A stretch of DNA of 64,000 bases from Intoshia linei (GCA_001642005.1 LWCA01000029.1:9914-73913); one strand, 5' to 3'. Numbered from the stretch's first letter, positions 1 to 14,300 are shown. The notes: generated by a model not told the origin, from the sequence alone. Translations and numbers: made by a program.

Positions 1-1
1 T

Positions 2-3000
2 TATACGCGATTATTACGTCTATACCCACGGCCTGTTGTCGCATTTCAATATGAAGAATTTATTAAATCGAGAGCCTCACCATCAACTTTTATTAAGCAC
101 TTGGCAAAAACCCAGGCAAGTTTATAACTGTATTAATACAATAAATTATACAATACAGTCCAATATATTTGTTGTAATAAATTATTCTTAGGCTGCTGAA
201 TATTTATCAGAATGGTTAATCAATCCATCAAATTTAAGTTATTTTCGAGTTTGTAATGGCATATATGATCCAATTAGTATTGGTGATAAACCAAGATGGT
301 ATAATTCTACTCTACGTGGAGTTAAGTACAAACTTTTTGACAATTTAAATACACTCTCTAAATTAATGGATTACAATAATACAAATGGTCAAAATTATCA
401 GCATCCAGATATACGTAATACATATATTTAATTATTATTAATATTTCAATATATAAATCATAGTTTTAATTAATTATTTTAGATATTGGAGATATTACAT
501 GCCAAGTCTATCTGGAAGATAAATTTTTAAATATTCCAGCAAATTTTAATAATGATGATTCGTCCAAGTACAATGTTGATACAGTTCCATCTTCAGAAGA
601 CGAAAAAAGTGATAATAATGAACATGGAGAGGTAATGCAAGTCTGTTATTTATTCATTATTTTTATTAAGATTTCGAAAGATGAAAACAATACCGATGAC
701 GCTAATGTGACCAAAAAGTAATAACAATTTATATCAATTATCTAGCTGGTACACTGTATCAGTTACCGGTATGTTAAATATAAAAAATATGTAAGTATAT
801 TTAATATATTCTGCTTTAATAATTTTTAATATTATTAATAGGGAAGACATAACTAATCAAGAATTGATGGTAATATTTTTAGCAATCTGTGTATATCATT
901 TTAATAGAAACCAAAGAAATCCAAAGTTTACAACAATTTAATTAAAGATAGTATAATTTTGTTTAAAAATGCTTCAAATTCGTCAAGTAAATTGATATGC
1001 ACTTATTATAATAAATAATAATAATTAATTATGATTGTATTATTATTATTTACCTGTTAATAAGTAATTTTATTGGATTTTAAAATATTTTGATTATTAA
1101 AAAAATTTTTGTACCAGATAAAATTCAATAAGGACTATAGTTTGATTACACTACCCTGTATCATATAGTAAATATTGTATTTCTTCTACGTGTTCGGATA
1201 AGTTCTTGGTCCTGAAAAAACGATTATGTGTCGAGTATTGGTGGAAATTTTTTTTAATATTCACAGTTTTCACATACGAGTACGCCAGTAAGTACAATGT
1301 AACACAAACGTACGTCGTACATTTTACTTACTGAATTGTAAATGGAAAAATTGTCAATTTTTGAATGACCATTATTTACTTTCATTTTTGTAAATTAATA
1401 CGGTTTATAAAATCGAAAATGCAGATACATCTTACCATGCTCCAGCTAATTCCCCACAAAATCAAAAATGAGCCATTAAAAATTGATGTATTTTATCCGG
1501 TCATTTTAGGTAAATGCACTGTTCTAGGTTTCATTTATTTATACATTTCATTTAGAACGCAAATTTTCTCACTTTTTTGATTTAAAACTGGAGAAAACGT
1601 ATTTATTTTAATATTATTTAATTACAGTATATATGAGATCTTAATCTTTTTCCACTTACGCCAAAATCCCAAAATTTAATAAACTTAAATTATAATTAAA
1701 AACTATTTGCACTATGTTTACGAAAAATGACTTATTATTCTATAACTATTTTCATTTTAAAAAAAAGGTAATCGGGTTTGGATTGTGAAAACAGTTTTTT
1801 GATGTTGGAATTTATGATATATTTTTTGTGTGCTTATGATTTTAAAAAAAAAGTTTTACAATCTATGCATGATGTCATATAGCCTTTAATGACCTTTCTA
1901 AGGCACTTAACTTGACATTTTAAAAATACACAAAATAGTAATGAGATTCAAGAATATAATTTTATTAAATATAATTATTAACGTCTTTAATTTATTTTAT
2001 ATTATTATTTACGCCTTATTTTCATAAAATACACCATACTATCATGGAGCGTCTTAGATTCTAAGACCTATGTTATACCCTAATACACTTATTTTAGTAT
2101 TATTGTTTCTTATTTCATTTTATTAATTAAAATTATTATTAATTAAAACTGATAGTTTAATAATGGTTTGTGTAAACATTATTTTTATGCGGCCTGCGTA
2201 ATAATTTTTTTAAAATTTGGCCCTCTAAGCACATTGAGACACCCTAATTTAAACCAAAAATGCGATTATTATTGTTTATTATTATTATAACGATATTAAA
2301 TAATTATTTAATGTTGACTTTGTGGATAATAATTTGAAGGGATCGGTCAAAAAATATATTGTTAAAAGGGGTCGATAGACAAAATAAGTTTGTAATACCG
2401 CCTGTATATAAGTGACGTCGCATAGCTTGTTCCCGATAATTATGATATTATCGTAAACATGGTTTAAAATAATCCATTATTACACTAGAGATTCTCATAA
2501 CAGGATGGTGACTATAATTGATGATATTTTAATTGGAAAAAAGATTGGTTGGTTAACTAGTACCTATATTAAACGATTAATCGGCAATGAAAAAGTTTGC
2601 GGTGAATTTATATTTTTGCTTCACAATAAAATGATTTCTCACGCTTCACACCAATCCACCTTCAATGTGGTAATTTAATAAATTTTATACTTGTAATTGT
2701 ATATTGATACTGGCATATAATATGAGATGAAATAATATCATTAAAACTTTCAAATCTGATATATCCCTAAATGTGGTGTAAATGTTAGATTTCGTTATTC
2801 ATTAGCAATTTCTCCACGGTTCCGAATCACTATTTTAAATTTTACAAACATATCATTTGAGATTGAAAGGTTAAGATGGTCAAAAAAATAATTTTTAAAA
2901 GTTCAATTTGAAAAATGAAGCCTTAGCAAAATGAAGGGTCGGAGTGACAAATGCAATTACAAATAAAATGAAATTTAATTTAGGAAGTTTCATATGACAT

Positions 3001-4783
3001 TGCCGAGTCTTTATTATTGGTACTCAAAAACACTTTAAAAATATCTAATGAAAGATTTATGGAAAAGAATTTAAATAATTATTATACAGTATATTTGGTC
3101 CTAGAAATTTTAAGAATAGCATATGTAAATGAAAATTATAACCGAAAAAAATCCTCGGAGGTAAAATTTTTAATTGTCTAATTTTCAAATTGATTGTTAC
3201 AATTTCCAAATAACAGGTCATTTTTATAACTTTTATTTGTTCAGGGTATGTTTTTATCAAAAAATGTTGGTACCACCTTTGATACTATATTAGTAAAAAA
3301 CCCTAAATCTATTTGGTTGGGCCTTGGAAATGATCTAAATCAATTGATCTCTATTATAATAAATTTAATAAGTAGTATTGATTTGAAATGTTAATTAAAC
3401 GATTTAATCAATTTTAGAGTATAGACTTGCAAAAATTTAAAAATATTTACAATAAAAAAATAACAATGGTATACGGTAAATACTAGTCAAATTGTATACA
3501 TGTTAAATTAGATAAAATTGTTTGTTATGAAAGATCCAATTTAAGAAACACATTAGTCGGATCTAATGATAGTTCCATCATAAATCACGAAGAATTGGTC
3601 AGCAATGATGACGAAATTAATATATTGAAAAGTAAAAATAACTCTTTCAGTACAAACAATGATTATAATGAAAAGTTGATACCGTCAATTATAACAGATA
3701 GAAATTCAATCTATTCTACAAATACAGACGTAACAAATGTTGGTAGTATATCATCGAATGGACCGTTTCAAGATAAACCAATCTTTAATTCAATTAAAGG
3801 GATTTGTCTAAATGAACTCATTCATGGTTATTATTCGTTTAGTATTTTTATTATATTTATATATTTTGTAGATAAATATGTATTGTGGAATAATAGTGAC
3901 ATTTGGGAAAATATTCTTTTTGACGTAATTTCTTATGAACGAGATCATTACTATATGGAATATGATAATCCTTATCTTTTAAACTTGTAAATTATTTTAT
4001 TATTTTATTTACATGTTTATTTGTAGATATCGTAATTCTGATAGTACAACTAAAAAGAAAATGGAATGGTGTGAAGATTATCTACTTTCATCCGTTATTC
4101 ACAATATTTTTGTTTTTATGCTCATGGTGGATATTAAAAAAACGTTTATTATTAAAAGTAAATTTTTGGGGATATTTTTTACGTAGTACCTTTAATGTTG
4201 TCATGCAAATCAAGATAGTATATACTGTGTCCATACTAATTTCATAATTATGTTGTGGTTCTTACTACCACGTCTTTGACCTGGTGCTACGGACTTAGTA
4301 TACAGGTGGTGAAAGTCATCAGTAGGAAATTATATAAAAAATTTCGTTTATTAATACATTTTTATTGATTAACAATTATTATCTTCATTGAAAAAAATTA
4401 TAATCAAATATTAAATTCTAAATATCTAAGTATGACATGTAATTTTATGGGTTAATTAATACTGTTGGTGACTTTCTGGAATTTGAATATTTATTATTTT
4501 TTGACATGATTTTTGTTTTAAATATTTTTTTCATTCTTTGACATGAAAAAAATAATACCAAAAAATCATAAATATCGTTATTCCACTTTGTGCACAGGTT
4601 TGTAATATATCGACTAATTATATACTTTAATTTAGTGTACACAGTAAATTATAGATTTAATTATACGTAATGCTTAAATTGTTTGTAATGTATTTAGTTA
4701 TCCGAAGATTATTAGGAAAATGTCACGTTTGTTTATATTTTAGTCATTGCATTCATCAATTAATAGACAACATCAATCTATTG
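2..4783 (+). CDS. MADD: MAP kinase-activating death domain protein / Rab3 GEF (AEX-3), multi-exon, partial (5' end outside window, 3' end not found)
   Basis: Manually translated exons: YTRLLRLYPRPVVAFQ...LAKTQ (2-115), AAEYLSEWLINPSNL...YDPISIGDKPRWY (from 192), IDDILIGKKIGWL...KRLIGNE (~2504-2669), EVSYDIAESLL (2983-3160), LWNNSDIWENILFDVISYER (~3872-3985), EDYLLSSVIHNIFVFMLMV (~4027-4142), IRRLLGKCHV...LIDNINLL (~4698-4783). All resemble conserved MADD blocks, in order. Confidence 0.9.
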
Positions 4784-5132
4784 GTAGTTTTTATTAATAT
4801 AATTATTATATAATAATTATATCCACACTGTTATGTACTTCGTACAAACAGTACCTAGCTCTGCGTAGGGCGGAATTTTTTAATACTACGAAATAAATAA
4901 ATATATATGTGAATAATAAAATCATAGAAACATTTCACAATTACCAAACATTATACTCTTCACTATTAGCAATCCTTAAAATTAGTAGTCCCCAATAAAG
5001 TAAAAACGGTACAATTATAGTTACAATTTAAATTTATGTTACACTAATCTTACATTCATGGTGGTGGCATCGAGTTGGCAGGTTCTGCTCTGCAATTAAT
5101 AATTCAAAATTTCTTAAGTGTATAGTTAACAA

Positions 5133-5467
5133 CAGGGATTGGAAATAATTGATTGCAATCAATTAATTTGTATAAACCAATTAATTGTTTCCTAAATATT
5201 AATTTTTCAATTAATTGGTTTTTTTCATATAACTGAAAAAATATAAATTGAATCTTATTATTGACGAATCGTTGGATAAAAAATTAATTAATGAACAGAA
5301 AAATGACGTATTTAACCTACTAGCTTGACTTTTATGTACTTCGAACAAACAGCATCCTAGTATTCATTATAACCACATGACAGTTTTTTAAAAATGATTA
5401 TGATATTTGTATCAATCCTCAATTAATTGCAATTAAATTGGTTGCAATCAATTAATTCCAATCCCTG
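5133..5467. mobile_element. hAT-type MITE containing a Helitron 3'-end fragment
   Basis: TIRs CAGGGATTGGAAATAATTGATTGCAA / TTGCAATCAATTAATTCCAATCCCTG; perfect 8-bp TSD GTTAACAA (5125-5132, 5468-5475); Helitron terminal hairpin at ~5320-5360. Confidence 0.85.
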
Positions 5468-5648
5468 GTTAACAATATTGAACTATAAAAATATATATTC
5501 ATTATAGGTCTCAATAGGTGTAGTTATAATCTTTCTAAAAGGTGATGCTAAGAAATTTTTTTATGATGCGGCCTACCTAATAATTTTTAAAAATAATTCG
5601 ACCCGCTCCCTATTTGAGTTTTACATATCTGCTCTAATAATGACATAT

Positions 5649-6210
5649 ACAGTGCGCGACATAAGTCTTAAGCAGCCTACACATTAAAAATTATTCTCAA
5701 TAAAAACCACTATAAAGTTAATAAGGCGCATTTTGAACTTGAAATTAAATATCACACAAATTAAAGAATGACCCCACCAATATATAACCATACTGATGTC
5801 ATAAACTACATATTAAAAGATACATTTTAATACGGTTTATTTTGCGATATTAAAAATATTGACGACATAAGTCTTAGGCACCTTGATAATTTCAATTAAA
5901 CTTAATTAAATATCCATAAAAACGAAAAAGGTAATGAATTACTAATGATCTATAAATTAAAAATAACTATTTGTTTAGTAAATGACGCGAATAAGTGACA
6001 AAAAAGATATAATGCCGTGTCTTAATGCAAGGAAGAAAAAAGTCAAGGTTTTATAATTAAAACCTTTAGTATTTCTCGATGTGTGTTTCAAAATATTAAA
6101 AAATATAAAAAGGGTTTATGCATAGCTTACTTACCATTATCAGATTGAAAACGCATGCTGACAGCCAGAGAAGAGACTATTATAATAAGGGAATCAAAGA
6201 AAAACNTATT
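5649..6210 (+). mobile_element. Tc1-family element, 5' fragment with IR/DR-type end
   Basis: TA|CAGTGCGCGACATAAGTCTTAAGCA; inner direct repeat GACATAAGTCTTAGGCA at ~5864; decayed HTH-linker coding KRMLTAREE/RLIIRESKKN at ~6148-6205. Confidence 0.6.
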
Positions 6211-6643
6211 AATATTTAGACTCAATTAATTTTTAAAATAAAATTTCATCATTATTTAGTATAAAATAATCTATTAAAAATACTAATTCTTATTTCAACA
6301 GAATTATCTAAACTTAAAATGTAATGAAGTTTTGATTATCTATATGTACTAAAGTTAAATTTACCATTTTGCTGTATGTATAATCGACTGTATGTATAAT
6401 TGACTGTATGTATGCTCGAGATTCCACTGTATGTAAAATTGATCATCATCACTAAAAATACCTTTGATTTGCATTTTTACGTCTTCCAATTGTATATTGT
6501 GCTAATGGAATTTAAAAAAAATTAAATAAAATTTTAAGTATGGTGACACACAAAAATGTCACGACACACCGGTTGGAAAGCACTGGATTATAGGATGATA
6601 TTTTATGAGTCTATGGTTTTCTTGATTTAAAGATTTATTTTAA

Positions 6644-6860
6644 TTGATTCATCCTACTGTCTGGAAGCTCATTGTAAAACTCAAGGAAGAACATGAATTC
6701 CAACGTGGTATATACATTAATGCAATAGCTGGTGAATCGCCTAACAAAAGATTGCATTATGAAATTAAAAAATTTCATATAAAAAGAATAATGTTGTATC
6801 ACACAGAAATAATGAGTACCATAAATGCTTTATCTTTTATATTATTTATGTTAACTAATA
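6644..6860 (+). mobile_element. MULE/Mutator transposase C-terminal remnant
   Basis: ORF IHPTVWKLIVKLKEEH matches the HPxxWxxIxxLKxE motif typical of MULE transposase C-termini. Confidence 0.55.
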
Positions 6861-7039
6861 TACATATTTCATCTTTCAATTTCAATCACAAAATTATCCA
6901 TTTAACTTTGCTATTTCTATTAATTTTTAATTATATTTTAATTTCAGTTAAATTCAAATCGTGATAAAAACAAACGTGATTATAATCATAGTGATAAAAT
7001 TGATTGACATGCATCGGGGTATATATCATATAAAAAAAT

Positions 7040-7902
7040 TAAAAAAACCCTTATATCTATAAAGATGAAACAATCCAGGAGGGAATGGGCAAAAAAGTAT
7101 GAAAGTTGGACTGAACATGATTGAAGCAAGGTAATTCATTTATATTTACAAAAATATATAAATATTCACTAATTTTTAATTATATTTTAATTAATAAAAT
7201 TCAAGTTAATTTACGGATTTATAGGTCATATTTTCTGACGAATCTATAACTGTGATGGCTGACAGACCATTAAATGTACGGACAAGGTCAAATGAAGAAT
7301 TTAGACCAGACTATCAAATAAACTGTAACATTTCCATGTAAGGTTATGATTTGAGAGCTATATCTGTTATGGGTATTAGCAAAATACAGATTGTGGAAGG
7401 TAAAATGGACCAAAAAGTTTAAAATTATTTTTAAATGAAATAATTGAATGGAATACAAATGTAGTATGTGTATTATAGCAAGATTCAGCTTCTTAGCACA
7501 AAGCTAAATCCATCACTTGCTATTTTGAGGATAAGGGTATTTCTGTCCTGGAAATTGGCCAGACATGAATTCTATATAAATTTTGTGGTCGAAATTGAAA
7601 GATGAGGTCCACCAAATTGAAATTAGAACAAAATCTGAATTGATTAATCGCATTCGTTTTGTCTGGAGCAAATCATCTACAATTAAAGAACTATCTAAGT
7701 CTTATACATTCAATGCCTCGCAGCATTAAATCCCTAATCAACGCTAAAGAAGGAACCACAAAGTATTAAATGTATAAAAATAAAGATAAATATGTATTTA
7801 ACCCGTAATTAAAAATTTATTTTATTTGGTCTACTCATTAATATAATATTAACCAATCAATAAGTATACATAAATTATTATAATATTATGATAAACCCTG
7901 TA
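7040..7902 (+). mobile_element. Decayed Tc1 transposase with a spliceosomal intron
   Basis: REWAKKYESWTEHD*SK | intron 7131-7224 (GT-AG) | VIFSDES...QQDSAS*HKAK...PDMNSI*ILWSKLKDEV...MPRSIKSLINAKEGTTKY*; putative right end ...GATAAACCCTG|TA at ~7900. Confidence 0.85.
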
Positions 7903-7913
7903 TAATAAAAAAC

Positions 7914-10900
7914 CTGTAATTCAAATAAAACATCATTAAAAGATAATTCTGAACAAGCAGCCACATATGTATTCAATTCATCCTGACTTATTTTCTAAAA
8001 ATTCAATAAAATAAAACTAGTCAAAAAATACTCCTGCTATAGTATAAACATCATTGACTGTAATTTTCATATTTCCTTTACTTATAATGGATGAAATACA
8101 CTGCAAATACGAAATAGCGCGTCGCATATCTCCTTCCGATATTTTGACAACAGCTTCAATGATCTACATACAATTTAGATTCATATCATTTTAGAGATAT
8201 CATATCATCAGTCGGTTTTAAATCTTATTTTTAACAACAATAAAAATTTAAATTTTGGCTAAACAATCAGAGCAGATCTTAATATGTTCGAGGCCTGTAA
8301 ATAAAAAATGACCCTAAAAACATTGTTAAATTAGTTAAATCAGCTGTATAAAATTTCTAGGATCGTAATGTAAATAAATAAAAAATAAATTACATCCGAA
8401 TTAACATTCACATTTTCTAAGGTGCAAATATTAGAAAGGTGTTTAAAAATATATTCAATTGGTATTGAATCAAATCTACATTTTACACATCTCGATACAA
8501 TAGGATCGATTATTCTGCTGACATAATTACAAATTAAACAAAATCTAGTCGATTTTGAATTTATTTCCATTATTCTACGTAGTGATGACTAAATAAGTAG
8601 ATTAGTAATACATTTCTTCATCAGTTTCCTTTAAAATATGGGAAATTGGTTTCAAAGTATTTCGTAACTTATTGTAACATTTATTTTAACTTATTAGTCT
8701 TTAAAAAAAAAAGCCACATGGACGCCTAAAAATAATAATTTGTAAATACAGAAAATAACTGAAATATTACATTCCAAAGAATAAAATTCCTCAAACAATT
8801 ATGTGGTATCAATGATACCTTAATAATCTTAAAATATTTCAAAAACACCATGGATATATGGAACACTCTAATGACCATTCGCCCAAGTTCATTAATACTA
8901 GATATCTTTTTAAAGCTTAAATGCGTAAAAAAGTAGTTTAAATAATACCTGAGCATCTTTAGTCATACAATCCGCTTCATCCAATATAATAATTTTTATA
9001 GCTGGACAATATTTACCACTAAAAAATCAATAAATTCACTTTATAATTACATTCTTAGTCCTACAAAACATGACACACGTTTCAAATTTTGATAAAAATT
9101 TTGTCTAGCTTTTTAGTGCCATAAATATAAATTTTAGAAATGAGCATTGCGCACAATCCCATCAAAACGTATTCTATCTCACAATTAGTTAAAAATTTAA
9201 CTGGAATTGAAAACTAAATTAATAATCATTGATCAATAATTATATTAAGAAAGTTGTGCCAATATAAAAAAATATATAAAATGTTTTGTTTAGTACTCCT
9301 CTGTTTTGTTTCCCACCTGAAGTTTCGCAAAGGTTTTTACCTAAAATAAAAAATATTAATAAAATGCAACAAAGTTTGTCAACTTATACATTCAAAACTG
9401 TCATAAACGGAAAAAAACAATTCAAAATTCTATATACATATTATTATGACTTAACTTCATACAATTGTTCAAAGTATAATTGATTACTTTTTCTCTTACA
9501 ATTTTAATTCCTCTATCATCAGAAGCATTCAATTCCAAGACACGATCACTGTAACTAGTCCTAAATGTAAAATGTACAATCTATACAGATCCTTACTTAT
9601 TATAAAACGCTTTGTTTGTCTGTGTGTCACACATTTATTATGTGTTATTGTTTATTTCAATAACTACGAGTCTTATAATTTTCTAAGTCTAAAGTCCACA
9701 TTTTTATTACAGTTTTTTCCGCGTGAAAATAAGATAAATTTCAACCTCCGAAACTCATACCTTACGGATCAAAACCCCAATTATCCTTTTTTTGAAAATC
9801 AAACGAGTTTGAGTATTTAAAAAAATATACACTCTGATACAGATTTTAAAATCATAAACATTACCATAAATTTAAATTCAAAAATATTATATCTTCAGGG
9901 CCAAAACCCCAAATTACCCTTCCTTTTTTTTGAAAACAGGTTAGAATTTAAAAAAATTCCAATCCAAATAAGTGACGTCTTCACGGTCAAAAAAACACTT
10001 TAGTACTTATTTGTATTTTTTTTATTTCCAAACTATTTTATTAAAACAAAAAATGTGAAATAATTAACGGTCCGATAATTAAAAAAAAAGATTATTGTGA
10101 TACAGCTTATTCCAGTTGATATAAATACAAAATTTCAAACCCAGAAAACTACGCATTGCCGGTGAAAAATAATTTTTAATATGTTATCAACCAATATTTT
10201 TCAAATATTTCGATTAAAATATATATTAATGAAATTAAATTTAATGAGATTAAATGAAAATATATTGAAAATGTAAATATTGATCCTACAATTTAAAAAA
10301 GTGTTGAACTTCTACACATTTCCAATAAAGAAATATGGATGAAAATCTATATAATTCATTCCTTCGGGTTTTTTTTCATTGCTACGCAATTTTTCATTTT
10401 CAAAAAATTGAACGAAATTTATTTTAAAATTACAGCAACTAAAAATAAAACTTTGTTATTATCATTTTAGTATTTATTTTAATGCTTTGCAACATTGGTA
10501 AAATTCATCTCAAATATGTTTTTAAACTTCTGTTTCCGTTAATTATTGATACGTTATTAGTATTTTTAATTATTTATTAAATTAGTAATGAATTATGTGA
10601 GATTAATTTTAAATTTTTAATGTTAAAATAAGATAAGCCCACCTTCGGCAGAGCTAGGTGTGTTTGTACATAGTACAAAACAGTTATGCTAGTCCATTAT
10701 AAAAGACCAATGTTAAACTATAATAGGTTCTAATACATTTTTTAGCCAGAAAAATAAGTAAAAACATTTATTGTCTCCAGTTATATGAAACCCAATTTAG
10801 AATAAATAAATAAAAAAAAACCCAAATAAATCTCTACAAGTAGCTAAAATTGTTGATGTTTTTCCTGTACCAGGAGAACCATAAAAAAGAAAATTTGGTA

Positions 10901-11209
10901 TCTAAAGTTGATTAATAAAAAGTATATTCAATTAAAATACATCATTTCCAGCAACACATTTTTTTATGCTATTGGTAATGTCATCATGATATATAACTTT
11001 GCTTATATCTTTAGGACGACTAAAATAAATACATTTTATGATTTATTATAAACGATATTTAGGAATGAAATAACGTTTAAAAAAATAAAAAATATTTAAA
11101 AACAATGAAACATAAAAATAATGATAATACTACATAATGTGCTTTGTAAGTTAATTATAAAAGAAATATTATACTATTTTTCCGTCCAAGTTATGTCCAA
11201 TTTTTTCAT
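7914..11209 (-). CDS. RFC4: Replication factor C small subunit (RFC4 type), multi-exon; last exon(s) not located
   Basis: ATG at 11209: [12 protein letters not shown]|RPK..., [20 protein letters not shown] (Walker A), [35 protein letters not shown] (Walker B), [54 protein letters not shown]. These motifs resemble human RFC4 most closely. Confidence 0.9.
9590..10692 (+). mobile_element. Non-autonomous Helitron, full-length, in an RFC4 intron
   Basis: 5' A|TCCTTACTTATTATAAAACGCTTTGTTTGTCTGTGTG; 3' GCTAGGTGTGTTTGTACATAGTACAAAACAGTTATGCTAG|T, i.e. TC start, subterminal hairpin, CTAG end and AT target. Internal sequence is shared with other copies. Confidence 0.85.
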
Positions 11210-11306
11210 TTCAAAGTTCAAGCTAGTAATGTCATAGCAATTTAATTTCTATTGTATAATAAATCAAGATAAAAATTTAAATGATGAAATGTTAAAATGA
11301 AGGAAA

Positions 11307-14300
11307 ATGAGGTAAATATGTCAATTTTGAATTTAGTAATTCATAAAACACGCCAAGAAAAGACCATCGTTATACTGCATATATATATAAACTAGCTTGG
11401 ATGTTGTACTTCGTATAAACAGCACCTGGGTCTGCGGAGGGCTGATTTTTTGATTTTAGCAAAAAAATAAAATCTTAGATAAAAATGCTAAATTTCATTA
11501 TTACCAATTTGTTAAACGAATGATTCCAAACGTGTGAAGACAATTTTTTATTTTTAACCCTAGGATCATTAATTATATCAAATTTTTTGTTTTAATGAAA
11601 TAATTACTAAAAAAAGAGTAAACAGTAAATTGCTTTTGTTGAAAATGAAAGTTTAACTTAACACTATAAGTGTATATAATTCATAAAAGTAGTTGGAAAA
11701 TATAAAAATGCTAAAAAATTTCAAATTATAAAATTAGCTCACGCATAGTGTTAACATTGAAACTTTTTAGGTATGTTAATTCGATAAATCTGTATTATGT
11801 CATCTTTTTTTAAATTCTATGACTTGGTTTTTTTAATTATATAAAATAACTACAATACAGAGACAGACACGCAAAAAAATAGTTTTATAAAAGTTAACAT
11901 GGGTTATTTTGGGTTTTGACCATGAAAGTATAAATTTTTGAAATTGAAATTTATGATGTTGATGATTTTAAAAACTTTTGTATACATGTATTTGTAGTTC
12001 TCGTTGGATTTTCAAATTACGTCCTAAATTTAAATATACAGGCATTAGTCAAATAAGCATATAAATACAAGTTTAATCTGAAAAAATTTTTTAGATGAAG
12101 GATTCAAATTGTAATAAAATGAAAAAGTAAAATTTAATATTTTAATGTCATTTAATTAATTAGGAATGTTAGCAGATGTAATATAAATTATTCAAAAATC
12201 AAGTATATTCCAAGAATTGACACATGGAAAGATTTTGATGAAATTGTAATACAGTATACATAGTATTCTCTCTTTTATTGGGATTTACATAATTATAAAA
12301 AGTTTAGAATATAGTTCCACAATAACCATATATAAAACTATTTATTTTGATTCGATAATTTTCATGTCCCATTTCACATACTCCCTGTAATTAAAACTTT
12401 AATTAAAAAAATTATGAAAATTAGTGGATTTGCGAACTACTGAACTGACAAATAAAGTAGAGAGAATGCTTTATTTTGTACAAGTCGGTTGGTTACATTT
12501 AAATTACAGTGGAGAATGAAGGGATAACTTTGTATTAGTTTCAAATCTTATTACTTGGTATGTACTACATACTATGTAGATATATTGAAAAGTTTAATGT
12601 CAAGACTAAAAGGATGGAATTTTATCTTGGATAGTACAAATGTACTTATTATATATATATATATATATATAGATCCTTCCGAATCGTGCGATCGAGTCGG
12701 AAGTTTCCACCGTGTTGTAGAACTCTACTACATAGTTTTCCACTGCACATATTATTTTAAAAGTATTTATAATTTGGTAGATATCCGAAAGAAATTCCAA
12801 CTATTTTAATCAAAATATGTCACCAAAACGATCAAAATGTATGAGCCAAGTAATTTATTGTTTATAGGGGTGGTAGTTTTTACCTTTAATTCTTTTCACA
12901 TATCTTACAATATAAATACTATACATAATTAAGTCTTCCATTTATCAGATAAACCATTTTCTTATCATTAGGGCCGTAAACAGTCAATAAATCAGTTTTT
13001 GATATCAATAAGAATAAAATTATAGATACATGTTACTAATCTTATGTTATGTTATTATTCATACACTAATTAACATTTGTGAACTGTAAATAGACAATGT
13101 TTCTATTATTTTTATTTGATTTCATCATGGAATTGGTATAAATCATTCCTCGTTATTATGTGTAAAGGAGTGGTTACCGAATTATAATTTCTACCGTGTA
13201 ATTGTTATGTAATCGATTCATAAGGTTAGACATAAATTATTTTTATCGATCAAATGTTCTCATTTTAAATCACGTTCAATACCGATCAAGCTTTGAGATG
13301 CATTAATTTAATTTATGAAATGGGAAATTAAAAAAAATGGTTTGGAAAATGTCAAAAACTAAGAGTGTTTAATCAACAATAATGTAAATGTAAACAAAGA
13401 CAGCTTAAACCTACTATTTACATACTATTGATTTGTATTATAGAGACTACTCTAAAAGATTGTTTAAAAATTGACGACAAACTAAGTGACACCCAAAATA
13501 GTATTATTTTATTTGTAAGTGGTTATATAACGTTCAAAAAAAAATTGCTAGAAATGGATATTACTGAACATAACATTTCAAAAGAGATTGAATTTCTAGA
13601 TTTTGTTTCAAGGTGAAAATTGAAAATACCCAATTTTGAACTGTACCTTTTTTCCCAATCTTGCTATAAATTTTAATTACAAATGCAGTCTAAAAAATGC
13701 ATAAACTTTTTAATCAAAAGTTTTATTATAATCTATGATAACGGCTTTTTTTCTTTTGTTACGGATGACATGACAAAAACAAAATGTTTGCGTAGCTTAA
13801 GAAATTGTTTCATGAAGTGGTGGTAATTACGATGAAAAAAAATTTTCCAATATATATAATCAAGAAAAAAGAATGAAAATTTAACTATTTGATGTTATTT
13901 TATTATTATATTGTATTTTTCATTGTATTGTATATTTTATTTTGTGAAATGAAATCAAAATTTATAACTATTCATTTAAACTAAAAATATTAAGTTTTTT
14001 TATAATTTGATTGATTAATAACCAATCTAATATCCTAAAATTATTTTTTTTGTCAAGTCTTTCACTTGCCTAATAATCTTAGAGAAAAAAAAATTCCGCC
14101 TACAATCTTAATTACTAGAATGTATCGTATTCCGTCTTAGTTTAAGCTGAATTTGATGTAAATAATATAAAAATAAAAACACAATGAAGTTACGTTTAAA
14201 TTGAAAATGAAATTCCATGGTTACATTTTTAATAACAGTTTTATTTATTCATAAAATCATGCATTGCTTAGTTTCCATTACTACAATAATTTTCGAATTG

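Noticed and set aside
4255-4326. CUGAUGA on the minus strand suggesting a hammerhead ribozyme or SECIS element
   Set aside because: There is no correctly placed GAAA/stem II, the SECIS geometry is poor, and no selenoprotein gene lies upstream.
8710-8935. Plus-strand frame in an RFC4 intron considered as a missing MADD exon
   Set aside because: No splice-compatible boundaries or convincing MADD motif; it looks more like a decayed non-LTR retrotransposon tail, too weak to annotate.
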